The notes under the pieces are model-generated. The model did no database searches, had not been told where the DNA came from, and saw nothing but the letters and a program-made list of their open reading frames with translations. Position numbers and translations under genes: made by a program. Shown piece after piece: positions 1-9,048 of a stretch of DNA of 32,000 nt. Location of the stretch: contig NZ_BCZP01000008.1 of NCBI RefSeq assembly GCF_001598795.1, positions 1 to 32,000 on the forward strand. The letters run 5' to 3'. The DNA comes from Delftia acidovorans NBRC 14950. Its GTDB lineage: Bacteria; Pseudomonadota; Gammaproteobacteria; Burkholderiales; Burkholderiaceae_C. The first letter of the stretch is position 1. Every line of letters starts with the position of its first letter.

Positions 1-186
1 GGCCTTCTTGGCAGCAGGAGCTGCAGCCTTCTTCACAGCAGGTGCAGCAGCCTTCTTGACGGGTGCTGCCTTGGCAGTGGCCGTGGTTTTCTTCACGGTT
101 TCAGCCTTGGGAGCAGCCGCCTTTTTGGCAGTGGTTTTCTTGTCGGTGGGGGCCTTGGTGGAGGCCGTCTTCTTCGCAGTTGCCAT
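1..186 (-). CDS. Lys/Ala-rich histone H1-like (AKKA-repeat) DNA-binding protein, N-terminal part only; the gene runs off the left edge
   Basis: The minus strand from ATG 186-184 (AGGAGAA at 197-191) reads MATAKKTASTKAPTDKKTTAKKAAAPKAETVKKTTATAKAAPVKKAAAPAVKKAAAPAAKKA with no stop before position 1. It is absent from the ORF track because it has no stop in the window. The + ORF 8..325 is its mirror image. Confidence 0.55.
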   Translation of the reverse strand, partial: MATAKKTASTKAPTDKKTTAKKAAAPKAETVKKTTATAKAAPVKKAAAPAVKKAAAPAAKKA

Positions 187-363
187 CATCTTCTCCTTCG
201 TTGATTTGCACAAAACACTTCGGGGTACGGGGCTCCGAAGCGATCCAAAGCGATGTGGAGTGACGCATCGCAATGAACACGGAGACGCCCCACGCCGCAA
301 CACCATCGGTATTGCAAAAGCGTGAAGCGCGTCATGGTTCGCATTGTGCCTGCAGAGAAGCGA

Positions 364-1455
364 TTAATCCCAGGAAAGTGCGCCGCCGGTTTGATACTCG
401 ATGACGCGTGTCTCAAAGAAGTTACGTTCCTTCTTCAAATCGATCATCTCGCTCATCCAGGGGAACGGGTTTTCCTCGTTGGGGAACAGGGCCTCAAGGC
501 CGATCTGCGTGGCGCGGCGGTTGGCGATGTAGCGCAGGTAGCCCTTGAACATCGATGCGTTCATTCCGAGCACGCCGCGCGGCATGGTGTCCTCTGCGTA
601 GCGGTATTCCAGCTCGACGGCCTTGACGAAAAGCGCCGTGATTTCTTCCTTGAATTCGGGTGTCCACAGCTGTGGATTTTCGAGCTTGAGCTGGTTGATC
701 AGGTCGATGCCGAAGTTGCAGTGCATGGACTCGTCGCGCAGGATGTATTGGTACTGCTCGGCGGCGCCGGTCATCTTGTTTTGGCGGCCCAGCGCAAGGA
801 TCTGCGTGAAGCCCACGTAGAAGAATAGGCCCTCCATCAGGCAGGCGAAAACGATCAGCGACTTGAGCAGGGTCTGGTCGGTCTCGAAGGTGCCGGTCTT
901 GAAGGCGGGGTCCATGATCGCTTCGATGAAGGGGATCAGGAATTCGTCCTTGTCGCGGATGGAGGGGACTTCGAGATAGGCGTTGAAGATCTCGCCCTCA
1001 TCCAGGCCCAGCGACTCCACGATGTACTGGTAGGCGTGGGTGTGGATGGCTTCCTCGAAGGCCTGGCGCAGCAGGAACTGGCGGCATTCGGGCGCCGTGA
1101 TGTGGCGGTAGGTGCCCAGCACGATGTTGTTGGCGGCCAGCGAATCGGCCGTCACGAAGAAGCCCAGGTTGCGCTTGATGATGCGGCGCTCGTCCTCGGT
1201 CAGGCCGTTGGGGTCCTTCCACAGGGCGATGTCGCGGTTCATGTTCACTTCCTGCGGCATCCAGTGGTTGGCGCAGGTGGCCAGGTACTTTTCCCAGGCC
1301 CACTTGTACTTGAACGGCACCAGCTGATTGACGTCGGTCTTGGCATTGATGATGCGCTTGTCGGCGGCATTCACGCGCTTGTGTGTGGTGCTCGGCGCAG
1401 CCTCCGCGCCGCTGGGCGTGTTCGAGAGGGTGGCGTCGTCGTCAAAGGTCAGCAT
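364..1455 (-). CDS. nrdB: Class Ia ribonucleotide reductase beta (R2) subunit
   Basis: Diiron/tyrosyl R2 motifs are present ([29 protein letters not shown]). I prefer the start at ATG 1455 (MLTFDDD) because GGAGAA lies 7 nt upstream. The track ORF extends to 1485. Confidence 0.93.
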   Translation of the reverse strand: MLTFDDDATLSNTPSGAEAAPSTTHKRVNAADKRIINAKTDVNQLVPFKYKWAWEKYLATCANHWMPQEVNMNRDIALWKDPNGLTEDERRIIKRNLGFFVTADSLAANNIVLGTYRHITAPECRQFLLRQAFEEAIHTHAYQYIVESLGLDEGEIFNAYLEVPSIRDKDEFLIPFIEAIMDPAFKTGTFETDQTLLKSLIVFACLMEGLFFYVGFTQILALGRQNKMTGAAEQYQYILRDESMHCNFGIDLINQLKLENPQLWTPEFKEEITALFVKAVELEYRYAEDTMPRGVLGMNASMFKGYLRYIANRRATQIGLEALFPNEENPFPWMSEMIDLKKERNFFETRVIEYQTGGALSWD

Positions 1456-1661
1456 TGCAAATTTCTCCGGCATGCCCTGGGGCATATGTTCAGTTCATTC
1501 GGTGCGAAAGAGTCCTCTCTTTCTGCTCCGGTCAATGTAGGACCATGGGTGGCCTGGCGTGTTGAGCAGGCCCAAGGTCCATGGCGAAGATCCTGCGCAT
1601 GGCGCTGGCTGGCGGGCAGGGCGCGGGGCCTGCGCCGTGGCGAGGCCCCGCGCTGCGCGGC

Positions 1662-4583
1662 TTACTGGCAGGCTTCGCAGCCGGGATCGTCGATGGCGCA
1701 GAACTTGATGTCCGTCGCCGGTGCCTGGGCGCGTGCGGCGGCTGCCGCGGCTTCCAGGGCGCTGGAGGTGTTCACGGCGGCAGGCTGTGCGGCGGCGGCC
1801 GAGGGCACGGCGTTGAGCACGCGGCTTTGCACCGTGGACTTCTCGATGTTGGTGGCGCTGGTGGTGCGCAGGTAGTAGGTGGTCTTCAGACCGCGCAGCC
1901 AGGCCAGCTTGTAGGTGTCGTCCAGCTTCTTGCCCGATGCACCGGCCATGTAGATGTTCAGGCTCTGGGCCTGGTCGATCCACTTCTGGCGGCGCGCAGC
2001 GGCCTCAACCAGCCAAGTGGGCTCGACCTCGAAGGCGGTGGCGTACAGGCTCTTGACGTCCTGGGGCACGCGGTCGATGGGGCGCAGCGAGCCGTCGAAG
2101 TGCTTGAGGTCCATGACCATCACGTCGTCCCACAGGCCCAGGCGCTTCAGGTCACGCACCAGGTACTGGTTGATGACGGTGAACTCGCCGGACAGGTTGG
2201 ACTTGACCGACAGGTTGCCGAACGAGGGCTCGATGGAGGCATCGACGCCGACGATGTTGGAGATGGTCGCAGTGGGCGCGATGGCCACGCAGTTGGAGTT
2301 GCGCATGCCGTGCTGGCCGATCTTGGCGCGCAGGGCATCCCAGTCCAGGCGCGAGGAGCGGTCCACTTCCACATAGCCGCCGCGTGCCTTCTCCAGCAGG
2401 TTCAGCGTGTCCAGCGGCAGGATGCCCTGGTCCCACAGCGAGCCCTTGTAGCTGGAGTACTGGCCGCGTTCCTTGGCCAGCTCGGTGGAGGCCCAGTAGG
2501 CGTAGTAGCAGATGGCTTCCATCGACTGGTCGGCGAACTCGACGGCCGCGTCGCTGGCGTAGGCGATGCGCATTTCATAGAGCGCATCCTGGAAGCCCAT
2601 CAGGCCCAGGCCCACGGGGCGGTGGCGCAGGTTGGAGTCCTTGGCCTTTTGCACGGCGTAGTAGTTGATGTCGATCACGTTGTCCAGCATGCGCATGGCC
2701 GTGGTGATGGTCTTGCGCAGCTTGCCGTGGTCGATGGCGCCATCGACGATGTGGCGCGCCAGGTTGACCGAGCCCAGGTTGCAGACGGCGGTCTCGGTGT
2801 CGCTGGTGTTCAGCGTGATCTCGGTGCACAGGTTGGACGAGTGCACCACGCCGGCGTGCTGCTGGGGCGAGCGCACGTTGCAGGGGTCCTTGAAGGTGAC
2901 CCAGGGGTGGCCGGTCTCGAACAGCATGGACAGCATCTTGCGCCACAGGTCCATGGCCGGGATGCGCTTGAACAGCTTGAGTTCGCCGTTGTCGGCCTTG
3001 GTTTCGTAGGCCTTGTAGGCGTGCTCGAAGGCGGCGCCGAAGAGGTCGTGCAGGTCGCCGACATCGGAGGGCGAGAACAGGGTCCAGTGGCCCTTTTCCA
3101 TGACGCGCTTCATGAACAGGTCGGGAATCCAGTTCGCCGTGTTCATGTCGTGCGTGCGGCGGCGGTCGTCGCCGGTGTTCTTGCGCAGTTCGAGGAATTC
3201 CTCGATGTCCAGGTGCCAGGTCTCCAGGTAGGTGCAGACGGCGCCCTTGCGCTTGCCGCCCTGGTTCACGGCCACGGCCGTGTCGTTGACCACCTTGAGG
3301 AAGGGCACCACGCCCTGCGACTCGCCGTTCGTGCCCTTGATGCGCGAACCCAGGGCGCGCACGCGCGTCCAGTCGTTGCCCAGGCCGCCAGCGAACTTGG
3401 ACAGCAGGGCGTTTTCCTTGATGGACTCATAGATGCCGTCCAGATCGTCGGGCACCGTGGTCAGGTAGCAGGAAGACAGCTGCGAGCGCAGCGTGCCGCT
3501 GTTGAACAGCGTGGGCGTGCTGCTCATGAAGTCGAAGGACGACAGCAGCTCGTAGAACTCGATGGCGCGTGCATTGCGGTCCTCTTCCTGCAGCGCCAGG
3601 CCCATGGCCACGCGCATGAAGAAGGACTGGGGCAGCTCGATGCGCGTCTTGCGCACGTGCAGGAAGTAGCGGTCGTACAGGGTCTGCAGGCCCAGGTAGT
3701 CGAACTGCTCGTCGCGCTCGGCCTTGATGGCGGCAGCCAGGCGGGGCAGGTCGTAGTTCAGCAGCTCGGGGTTGAGCAGCTCGTTGTCCACGCCCTTGCG
3801 GATGAAGCCGGGGAAGTACTCTGCGTAGGCCGCCTGGATGTCGGCCGGGTGCACGTCACGGCCCATGACCTCGCGCACGATCGTGTGCAGCAGCAGGCGG
3901 GCGGTGACGTAGGTGTAGTCGGGGTCTTTCTCGATCAGCGTGCGAGCGGCCAGGATGGAGGCCTTGAAGACTTCTTCGATCGGCACGCCGTCGTACAGGT
4001 TGCGCAGCGTCTCGGCGACGATGGGGGCGGCCTGGATATCGGCGTTGAGGTTGCGGCAGGACGCCTCGATCAGCGCCAGCAGGCGGGCCTGGTCCAGCGG
4101 CACGCGCTGGCCGTTGTCGGTCACATGCAGCACGGGCGCCGGTGCGGCGGCGGCAGCCGCTGCGGCCTCGGCGGCCTTCTTTTGCTCGGCACGTTCCTGG
4201 TTGCGGCGGTCGCGGTACAGCACGTAGGCGCGCGCCACGTCGTGGTGGCCGCCGCGCATCAGGCCCAGCTCGACCTGGTCCTGCACATCTTCAATATGGA
4301 AGGTGCCGCCGCCCGGACGCGAGCGCAGCAGTGCGCGAACCACGGCCTGGGTCAGCTCGTCCACGGTCTCGCGCACGCTGGCGGAGGCTGCGCCCTGGGC
4401 ACCGCGCACGGCCAGGAAGGCCTTGGTCAGCGCGACGGCGATCTTTTGTGGCGTGAAGGGCACCACATCGCCGCTGCGGCGGATGATCTGGTAGCCGTCC
4501 TGCACGGACAGGTGATGGGCGGAGGAAGGATTGGCAGCATCACCGTGCGCAGCGGGAGCCAAAGAATTCAGTGCTTCTTGCAT
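1662..4583 (-). CDS. nrdA: Class Ia ribonucleotide reductase alpha (R1) subunit with N-terminal ATP-cone
   Basis: Catalytic motifs are present (NLCTEI, SNLCxE region, C-terminal CEAC redox pair). ATP-cone-like N-terminus (YQIIRRSGDVVPFTPQKI). I place the start at ATG 4583 (MQEALNSL) with GAGGAA upstream. The track start at 4712 would run through the NrdR boxes. Confidence 0.93.
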   Translation of the reverse strand: MQEALNSLAPAAHGDAANPSSAHHLSVQDGYQIIRRSGDVVPFTPQKIAVALTKAFLAVRGAQGAASASVRETVDELTQAVVRALLRSRPGGGTFHIEDVQDQVELGLMRGGHHDVARAYVLYRDRRNQERAEQKKAAEAAAAAAAAPAPVLHVTDNGQRVPLDQARLLALIEASCRNLNADIQAAPIVAETLRNLYDGVPIEEVFKASILAARTLIEKDPDYTYVTARLLLHTIVREVMGRDVHPADIQAAYAEYFPGFIRKGVDNELLNPELLNYDLPRLAAAIKAERDEQFDYLGLQTLYDRYFLHVRKTRIELPQSFFMRVAMGLALQEEDRNARAIEFYELLSSFDFMSSTPTLFNSGTLRSQLSSCYLTTVPDDLDGIYESIKENALLSKFAGGLGNDWTRVRALGSRIKGTNGESQGVVPFLKVVNDTAVAVNQGGKRKGAVCTYLETWHLDIEEFLELRKNTGDDRRRTHDMNTANWIPDLFMKRVMEKGHWTLFSPSDVGDLHDLFGAAFEHAYKAYETKADNGELKLFKRIPAMDLWRKMLSMLFETGHPWVTFKDPCNVRSPQQHAGVVHSSNLCTEITLNTSDTETAVCNLGSVNLARHIVDGAIDHGKLRKTITTAMRMLDNVIDINYYAVQKAKDSNLRHRPVGLGLMGFQDALYEMRIAYASDAAVEFADQSMEAICYYAYWASTELAKERGQYSSYKGSLWDQGILPLDTLNLLEKARGGYVEVDRSSRLDWDALRAKIGQHGMRNSNCVAIAPTATISNIVGVDASIEPSFGNLSVKSNLSGEFTVINQYLVRDLKRLGLWDDVMVMDLKHFDGSLRPIDRVPQDVKSLYATAFEVEPTWLVEAAARRQKWIDQAQSLNIYMAGASGKKLDDTYKLAWLRGLKTTYYLRTTSATNIEKSTVQSRVLNAVPSAAAAQPAAVNTSSALEAAAAAARAQAPATDIKFCAIDDPGCEACQ

Positions 4584-4670
4584 GAGTTTCCTCAACGGGT
4601 GTTTGTGGATAGAACGGACGCGGACCTGCACTTGGGGGCAGGCTTGCTGGGAGATGGAATCGGGGTCGGA

Positions 4671-4700
4671 TGTGCACACCGTTTTCACAGGGTGTGCACA
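4671..4700 (-). promoter_or_regulatory. Perfect 10-bp inverted repeat TGTGCACACC-N10-GGTGTGCACA in the nrdA leader
   Basis: Read directly from the sequence. Each arm contains the self-complementary octamer TGTGCACA. The element lies between the NrdR boxes and the nrdA ATG. Confidence 0.5.
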
Positions 4701-4707
4701 GCTTGTG

Positions 4708-4723
4708 AACACTAGATATGGTG
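4708..4723 (-). promoter_or_regulatory. NrdR box (promoter-proximal)
   Basis: ACACTAGATATGGTGT is a 16-bp palindrome of the acaCwAtATaTwgtgt type. It contains a TATCTA -10-like hexamer in the nrdA orientation. Confidence 0.75.
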
Positions 4724-4738
4724 TCCAGCGTGCTTCTG

Positions 4739-4754
4739 GGCACTACCTGTAGTG
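4739..4754 (-). promoter_or_regulatory. NrdR box (promoter-distal)
   Basis: GCACTACCTGTAGTGT lies 31 bp centre-to-centre from the first box. That is the known tandem NrdR spacing of about three helical turns. Confidence 0.65.
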
Positions 4755-4990
4755 TATCGCCGTCTCATGTACACGGGGTACTCACAGCCGGAAAACCGCT
4801 GTTTGCGCTGCGCCAAACGGGTGCGCAACCTACAAGCCAATAGCAGCAAAGGCCCGCTGCGCGGTGGCTTGCGGGCGATGGTCCGCCGCAAGCCGCTGCA
4901 GCCTTGGCCCTGCGCCGGTCGGACCGCTGAAAGCCCCATGGACAGTGGGGCTGCGACACATGCGTGAATTTGTAAAAAATGATCAGGCAG

Positions 4991-5020
4991 CCGGTGTGTG
5001 CGCCTGGCGCGCCACATCGG
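4991..5020 (-). terminator. Strong GC hairpin between the ampD stop and the nrdA promoter region; candidate terminator or insulator
   Basis: CCGGTGTG-t-GCGC-ctggc-GCGC-CACATCGG forms about 12 bp with one G-T pair and a 1-nt bulge. The T-run on the minus strand is about 12 nt away, so it is not canonical. The T-rich TTGCTTTCT follows directly on the plus strand. Confidence 0.35.
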
Positions 5021-5113
5021 TTGCTTTCTGGATTGACAGACCCTTTGTCCTCTGCCTGTGGACAAGCGGGGTTTTGCGCAAGATCTGGCGGTGCCTGCGA
5101 TGAGGGTGTGCGC

Positions 5114-5749
5114 TTACGTGGAGGGCTGGCCCGCGCCCGGCGGCAGCTGCCAGTTCGCCGTGGCAGGGTGATGGGCCAGCAGCCCGCGCAGCCGGTGCCA
5201 GTCGAAGCCAGCGCCCGGATCGCATTTGCGGCCCGGCGCGATGTGCTCATGACCTGCGAGATGGGCCACGGGGTAGCGGGCCGCGATGGCGTTGCACAGG
5301 GCATCGAGCGCCGCGTACTGGGCCGGCTCGAACCGCAGGCCCTCCAGGCCTTCGAGTTCTATGCCGATGGAGTCGTCGTTGCAGCGGTCACGGCCCCGCC
5401 AGCAGGAAGCGCCTGCATGCCAGGCGCGCGCATCGCAGTCCACAAACTGCCAGACCTCGCCCTGGCGCGTGATGAAGAAATGCGCCGACACCTCCAGGCC
5501 GCGTATCCCCTGGTAGTAAGGATGGGCGTCCCAGTCGAGCTGGTTGGTGAACAGTTGCTGGACTGCACCCGTGCCGTACTCGCCGGGGGGCAGGCTGATG
5601 GAGTGCACGACGACCAGATCGACCAGTGCCTGGGCCGGGCGCTCGCCAAAGTTGGGCGAGGGCAGGTGGCGGGCCTGCTGCAGCCAGCCGCCTTGCCAGG
5701 TCCAGGCCGGGGCCTGGGTGGCTTGCGCCTGTGGATCAGGACTCGCCAT
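5114..5749 (-). CDS. ampD: 1,6-anhydro-N-acetylmuramyl-L-alanine amidase AmpD
   Basis: Close to E. coli AmpD (SPNFGERP, VVHSISLPPGEYG, RAWHAG, CNDDSIGIELEG, GHEHIAPGRKCDPG). Start is ATG 5749 with GGAGG 6 nt upstream. It overlaps the upstream gene's end by 14 nt. Confidence 0.9.
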   Translation of the reverse strand: MASPDPQAQATQAPAWTWQGGWLQQARHLPSPNFGERPAQALVDLVVVHSISLPPGEYGTGAVQQLFTNQLDWDAHPYYQGIRGLEVSAHFFITRQGEVWQFVDCDARAWHAGASCWRGRDRCNDDSIGIELEGLEGLRFEPAQYAALDALCNAIAARYPVAHLAGHEHIAPGRKCDPGAGFDWHRLRGLLAHHPATANWQLPPGAGQPST

Positions 5750-7283
5750 GGCCGCCTCCGTCCGTATCCGCGCTGGCATCGCCGGGCAGGGCGATGTTCA
5801 GCCGGTCGATGCGGTAGCGGATCTGGCGCAGGCTCAGGCCCAGGCGCGCGGCGGTGGCCGTGCGGTTGAAGCCGTTTTCCTGCAGCGCCTGCACCAGGAT
5901 GCTGCGCTCGCGCTCGTCCAGCCAGGCCTGCAGGTCGCGGGGCAGGTCGGCATCGGCTGGCTCTGGCGATAGCGGGCTGCCTTGCGGCAGGGGGCGCGAA
6001 GGCGAGAGCGGAGGAGAGGGCGAGGCGGATGCAGGCGGTGCGGGCGGGGCTGGTGGCGTGCCGCAGGGCAGCTGCATCTCGGGATCTATGCGCAGCGGTC
6101 CGTCCTCGCCCAGCGTGATGGCGCGGTGCAGCAGGTTCTCCAGTTCACGCACATTGCCGGGCAGGGGCAGGCGGGCGATCTGCTGCACTGAACGCTCGTC
6201 GATCTCGGGCATGGGCAGGCCGGATTCCTGCGACAGCCGTGCCAGCAGGGCGCGGCACAGGGCAGGCAGGTCTTCGCGGCGTTCGCGCAGCGGGGGCAGC
6301 AGTACCTCAATGACATTGAGGCGGTAGTACAGGTCCTGCCGGAAGCGCCCCTGCTGCACATCGGCAGCCAGGTCGCGGTGGGTGGCGCTGACGATGCGTA
6401 CATCGGCCGCTTCCTCCTGTGCGGAGCCCAGGGGGCGCACGCGGCGCTCCTGGATGGCGCGCAGCAGCTTGGCCTGCATGGCCAGGGGCAGGTCGCCGAT
6501 CTCGTCCAGAAACAAGGTGCCGCCGCGCGCAGCCTGGAAGTAGCCGTCGCGGTCCTGGGTGGCGCCGGTATAGGAGCCCTTGCGCGCGCCGAAGAACTCG
6601 GCCTCCAGCAGGTTTTCGGGAATGGCGCCGCAGTTCACGGCCACCATGGGGCCATGGGCACGCTGGCTGCAGGCATGCAGCGCGCGGGCCACCAGCTCCT
6701 TGCCAGTGCCCGACTCGCCATGCACCAGCACCGGCGCCATGCCGCGGGCCACCTTGGCAATGCGCTGCTTGACGGCCTGCATGGCGGGTGACTCGCCGAC
6801 CATGGCGTCCAGTGCGCCGCTGCCGTTGAGCACCGGGCTGGCGGCGGGAGAGGCCGAAGGGCTGCGCGCCGGCATCACGCCCGGGGCCGGCACACCGCCC
6901 ACGCCCTGGGCGGCCGAGGCCACGACCAGGCGGAACTGCTTGAGGTCCACGGGCTTGGTCAGGTAGTCGAAGGCGCCTGAGCGCAGGGCCTCGACGGCGT
7001 TCTCGGCGGAGCCGTAGGCCGTCATGACCACGCAGCGCTCGCGCCGCTGCTGGCTGCGCAGGTCCTGCAGCAGCTCCATGCCCATGCCGTCGGGCAGGCG
7101 CATGTCGGTGATGACCACGTCGAAGCGCTGGGTCTGCAGCTGCTCGCGCGCCTCGCCCACGCTGGCGGCGGTTTCCACGCGGTAGCCTTCACGCAGAAGG
7201 GTCAGTTCATAGAGGGTGCGCAGATCCGGCTCGTCGTCCACGACAAGGATCGATGCGGTAGCGGGCAGGGAGTTCAAAGGCAT
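5736..7283 (-). CDS. Sigma-54-dependent response regulator (REC + AAA+ + Fis-type HTH), PilR/NtrC-like
   Basis: REC domain (VVDDEPDLR, DMRLPDGMGMELL, TKPVDL). AAA+ domain (GESGTGKE, the GAFTGA-equivalent region SYTGA, ESELFG-like EAEFFG). C-terminal HTH (NRTATAARLGLSLRQIRYRI). The ATG at 7283 shares one base with the kinase TGA; a GTG at 7286 is also possible. Confidence 0.85.
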   Translation of the reverse strand: MPLNSLPATASILVVDDEPDLRTLYELTLLREGYRVETAASVGEAREQLQTQRFDVVITDMRLPDGMGMELLQDLRSQQRRERCVVMTAYGSAENAVEALRSGAFDYLTKPVDLKQFRLVVASAAQGVGGVPAPGVMPARSPSASPAASPVLNGSGALDAMVGESPAMQAVKQRIAKVARGMAPVLVHGESGTGKELVARALHACSQRAHGPMVAVNCGAIPENLLEAEFFGARKGSYTGATQDRDGYFQAARGGTLFLDEIGDLPLAMQAKLLRAIQERRVRPLGSAQEEAADVRIVSATHRDLAADVQQGRFRQDLYYRLNVIEVLLPPLRERREDLPALCRALLARLSQESGLPMPEIDERSVQQIARLPLPGNVRELENLLHRAITLGEDGPLRIDPEMQLPCGTPPAPPAPPASASPSPPLSPSRPLPQGSPLSPEPADADLPRDLQAWLDERERSILVQALQENGFNRTATAARLGLSLRQIRYRIDRLNIALPGDASADTDGGGHGES

Positions 7284-9046
7284 CACACCACAATCTGATC
7301 AAACAGGGAGGCCGGCAGGGCCGAGGCCGGGCCGGCACGGAACACGATGCTGAAGGCATTGCCCTCGACAGGGCCGTGCGGCGTGGGCCGCGACAGCCGC
7401 TGGTAGCTGATGCTGGCATCGTAGCGCTGGCACAGCTCGCGGCAGATATACAGGCCCAGGCCGCTGGAGCGGCTTTCCGAAGAGAAGAAGGGCTCGAACA
7501 GATGGCGTTGCACCGTGGGCTCCAGCGCGGCGCCGTCGCTCCAGACCTGTAGCCAGATCTGGCCGCCGGCCGGCGCGCCGGTCAGCACCTGCAGCGTGTG
7601 TGGCTCGTGGGCGTTGCTGCGGTAGCGCCGGGCGTTGTCCAGCAGGTTCACCAGGATGCGGCGCAGATGCTCGCCATCGAACACCACGGTCTTGTCCCTG
7701 GCGTCCAGCAGGAGCTGGATGCTGTGCGCGGGCTGGCCCTGGGCCTGCCATTCCTGGCAAACCTGGGCCACATGCTGGTCCAGGGCCAGCAGGCCGGCAT
7801 GCGCCTCGCCAATGTGCTGCTGGGCCCGGGCGATGTTGAGTACGTCCTCGACGATGCGTGCCAGGCGCTCGGCATTCTGGCCCACGATGCGGCACAGCTG
7901 CTGCTGGGCCGGGTCCTGCGCCAGATCCTCGGCCAGCAGGGCATTGGCCTGGGTGATGGCGGCCAGCGGATTGCGGATCTCGTGGGCCACGGCGGCCGAC
8001 ATGCGGCCCATGGAGGCCAGCTTTTCCGTGCGCAGCCGCGCCTCCATCTCGCGCAGATCATGCAAAAAGACCACGCACAGCTGCTGCAGCAGTGCGGGCT
8101 CGGCCGCGTCGGCGGCCTCGGATGGGGTGGCGACCTCGGTCAGCCAGGTGCGCAGGTGCAGGCCCGTCATGCCTTCCTGGCCGATGGACTGCAGATGGAT
8201 GGCGGCCGAGATGGGCAGGTTCTGGGCAAAGCTCTGGGCCACGGCGTCCTGCAGCCGCTGCCAGCCGGAATGCTCCTTGAGGGCGAAGGGCAGGGCATGC
8301 GCGTCGGCCAGCCCCAGCAGGTGCAGCGCGGCCGGGTTGGCCTGCTGCACGCGGAACTGGGGATCGACCACCAGCACGCCTTCGCCCAGGTGGCGGATCA
8401 CCAGGGCATTGACCTGTTCCTGCGTCTGGGCCTTGCGGCTGCTGTGCTGGGCCAGGTGGCGCTCGCGCCGCACGCGGCGTGCCAGTTCGTGCGTCAGATA
8501 GGCCACCGCGAAATAGCCTGCGCAGGCAAAGCTGGCCTGGTAGTAGGCCTGGGTGCTTTCTATGCGGCCTGCCACGTCCTGCCATGCCACCCAGCCCAGG
8601 GTCAGCAGCGTGACGCTGGCCGTGGTGGCCAGGGCCAGCGTCAGATTGCCCAGCACGGCCGAGATCAGGATGGGAATGGCCAGCAGGGCCGAGTAGTTCA
8701 GCGGCCCGGTCTGCAGCATCTGCAGCAGGCAGATGACTGCGATGTCCACGCCGATCACGGGCAGCCAGTGCACGCCGGCGCGGGGCGAGGGCGGCTGCGC
8801 GCGTGCCGTCAGCCGCAGCAGCAGCGTCAGCCCCAGGTAGCCCAGGCAGACCAGCCAGACCAGGGAATTGCCGCCGGGCTGCACGCTGAGCAGCGCCAGC
8901 TGCAGCAGCAAAAGCGCAGTGGCGATGAGCACGCGGCCGGTCAGGAAGCCCTGCCATAGCCGGACAAAGGGGGCGTTGGCGTCGTGCGGCGACTGCGCCG
9001 CGGCCTCGTCGATGGTGGGTGGCTGGGGGGGGGCCGCGTCCTGCAT
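7283..9046 (-). CDS. Sensor histidine kinase with about six N-terminal TM helices, PAS, HisKA and HATPase domains (PilS-like architecture)
   Basis: H-box MSAAVAHEIRNPLAAI, N-box LVNLLDNA, G-box SGLGLYICREL. Six hydrophobic segments follow MQDAAPP. I place the start at ATG 9046; the 128-codon upstream extension in the track is R/C/P-rich junk overlapping the neighbouring gene. Confidence 0.85.
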   Translation of the reverse strand: MQDAAPPQPPTIDEAAAQSPHDANAPFVRLWQGFLTGRVLIATALLLLQLALLSVQPGGNSLVWLVCLGYLGLTLLLRLTARAQPPSPRAGVHWLPVIGVDIAVICLLQMLQTGPLNYSALLAIPILISAVLGNLTLALATTASVTLLTLGWVAWQDVAGRIESTQAYYQASFACAGYFAVAYLTHELARRVRRERHLAQHSSRKAQTQEQVNALVIRHLGEGVLVVDPQFRVQQANPAALHLLGLADAHALPFALKEHSGWQRLQDAVAQSFAQNLPISAAIHLQSIGQEGMTGLHLRTWLTEVATPSEAADAAEPALLQQLCVVFLHDLREMEARLRTEKLASMGRMSAAVAHEIRNPLAAITQANALLAEDLAQDPAQQQLCRIVGQNAERLARIVEDVLNIARAQQHIGEAHAGLLALDQHVAQVCQEWQAQGQPAHSIQLLLDARDKTVVFDGEHLRRILVNLLDNARRYRSNAHEPHTLQVLTGAPAGGQIWLQVWSDGAALEPTVQRHLFEPFFSSESRSSGLGLYICRELCQRYDASISYQRLSRPTPHGPVEGNAFSIVFRAGPASALPASLFDQIVV

Positions 9047-9048
9047 GC

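Noticed and set aside
8-325. 105-aa + ORF (MAAGAAAFFTAGAAAF...) at the left edge.
   Set aside because: It is the complement of the Lys/Ala-repeat gene. The minus-strand reading has a Shine-Dalgarno sequence plus ATG and a biologically familiar repeat protein, while the + reading is a featureless hydrophobic string.
4583-4712. N-terminal extensions in the ORF track for nrdA, and likewise for the kinase (to 9430), the GGDEF protein (to 11323), ffh (from 15050), nlpC (from 16641), the DUF1266-like gene (to 18796), fdhD (to 25273), modA (to 28133) and the MFS gene (to 31470).
   Set aside because: The extensions are R/C/P/W-rich. They overlap neighbouring genes or regulatory sites. Each is followed by an internal start with a better ribosome-binding site and a canonical family N-terminus.
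1581-4715. 1044-aa + strand ORF, with similar very long ORFs at 7598..8959 (+), 11565..14732 (+), 15164..17002 (-), 20217..22139 (+), 22097..23800 (+), 23900..25243 (+), 25257..26471 (+) and 29857..31569 (+).
   Set aside because: Each lies exactly opposite a gene with clear family motifs. Their products are G/V/A/Q/H/R-rich, low-complexity, and lack motifs. This is the typical stop-codon-poor mirror frame of GC-rich DNA.
5057-5065. DnaA-box-like TTGTCCACA (8 of 9 match, minus orientation) upstream of nrdA. E. coli nrdAB has DnaA boxes.
   Set aside because: It is a single imperfect 9-mer about 300 bp upstream of the NrdR boxes, and upstream of the hairpin at 4991-5020. This is within chance expectation and not positioned like the E. 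coli sites.
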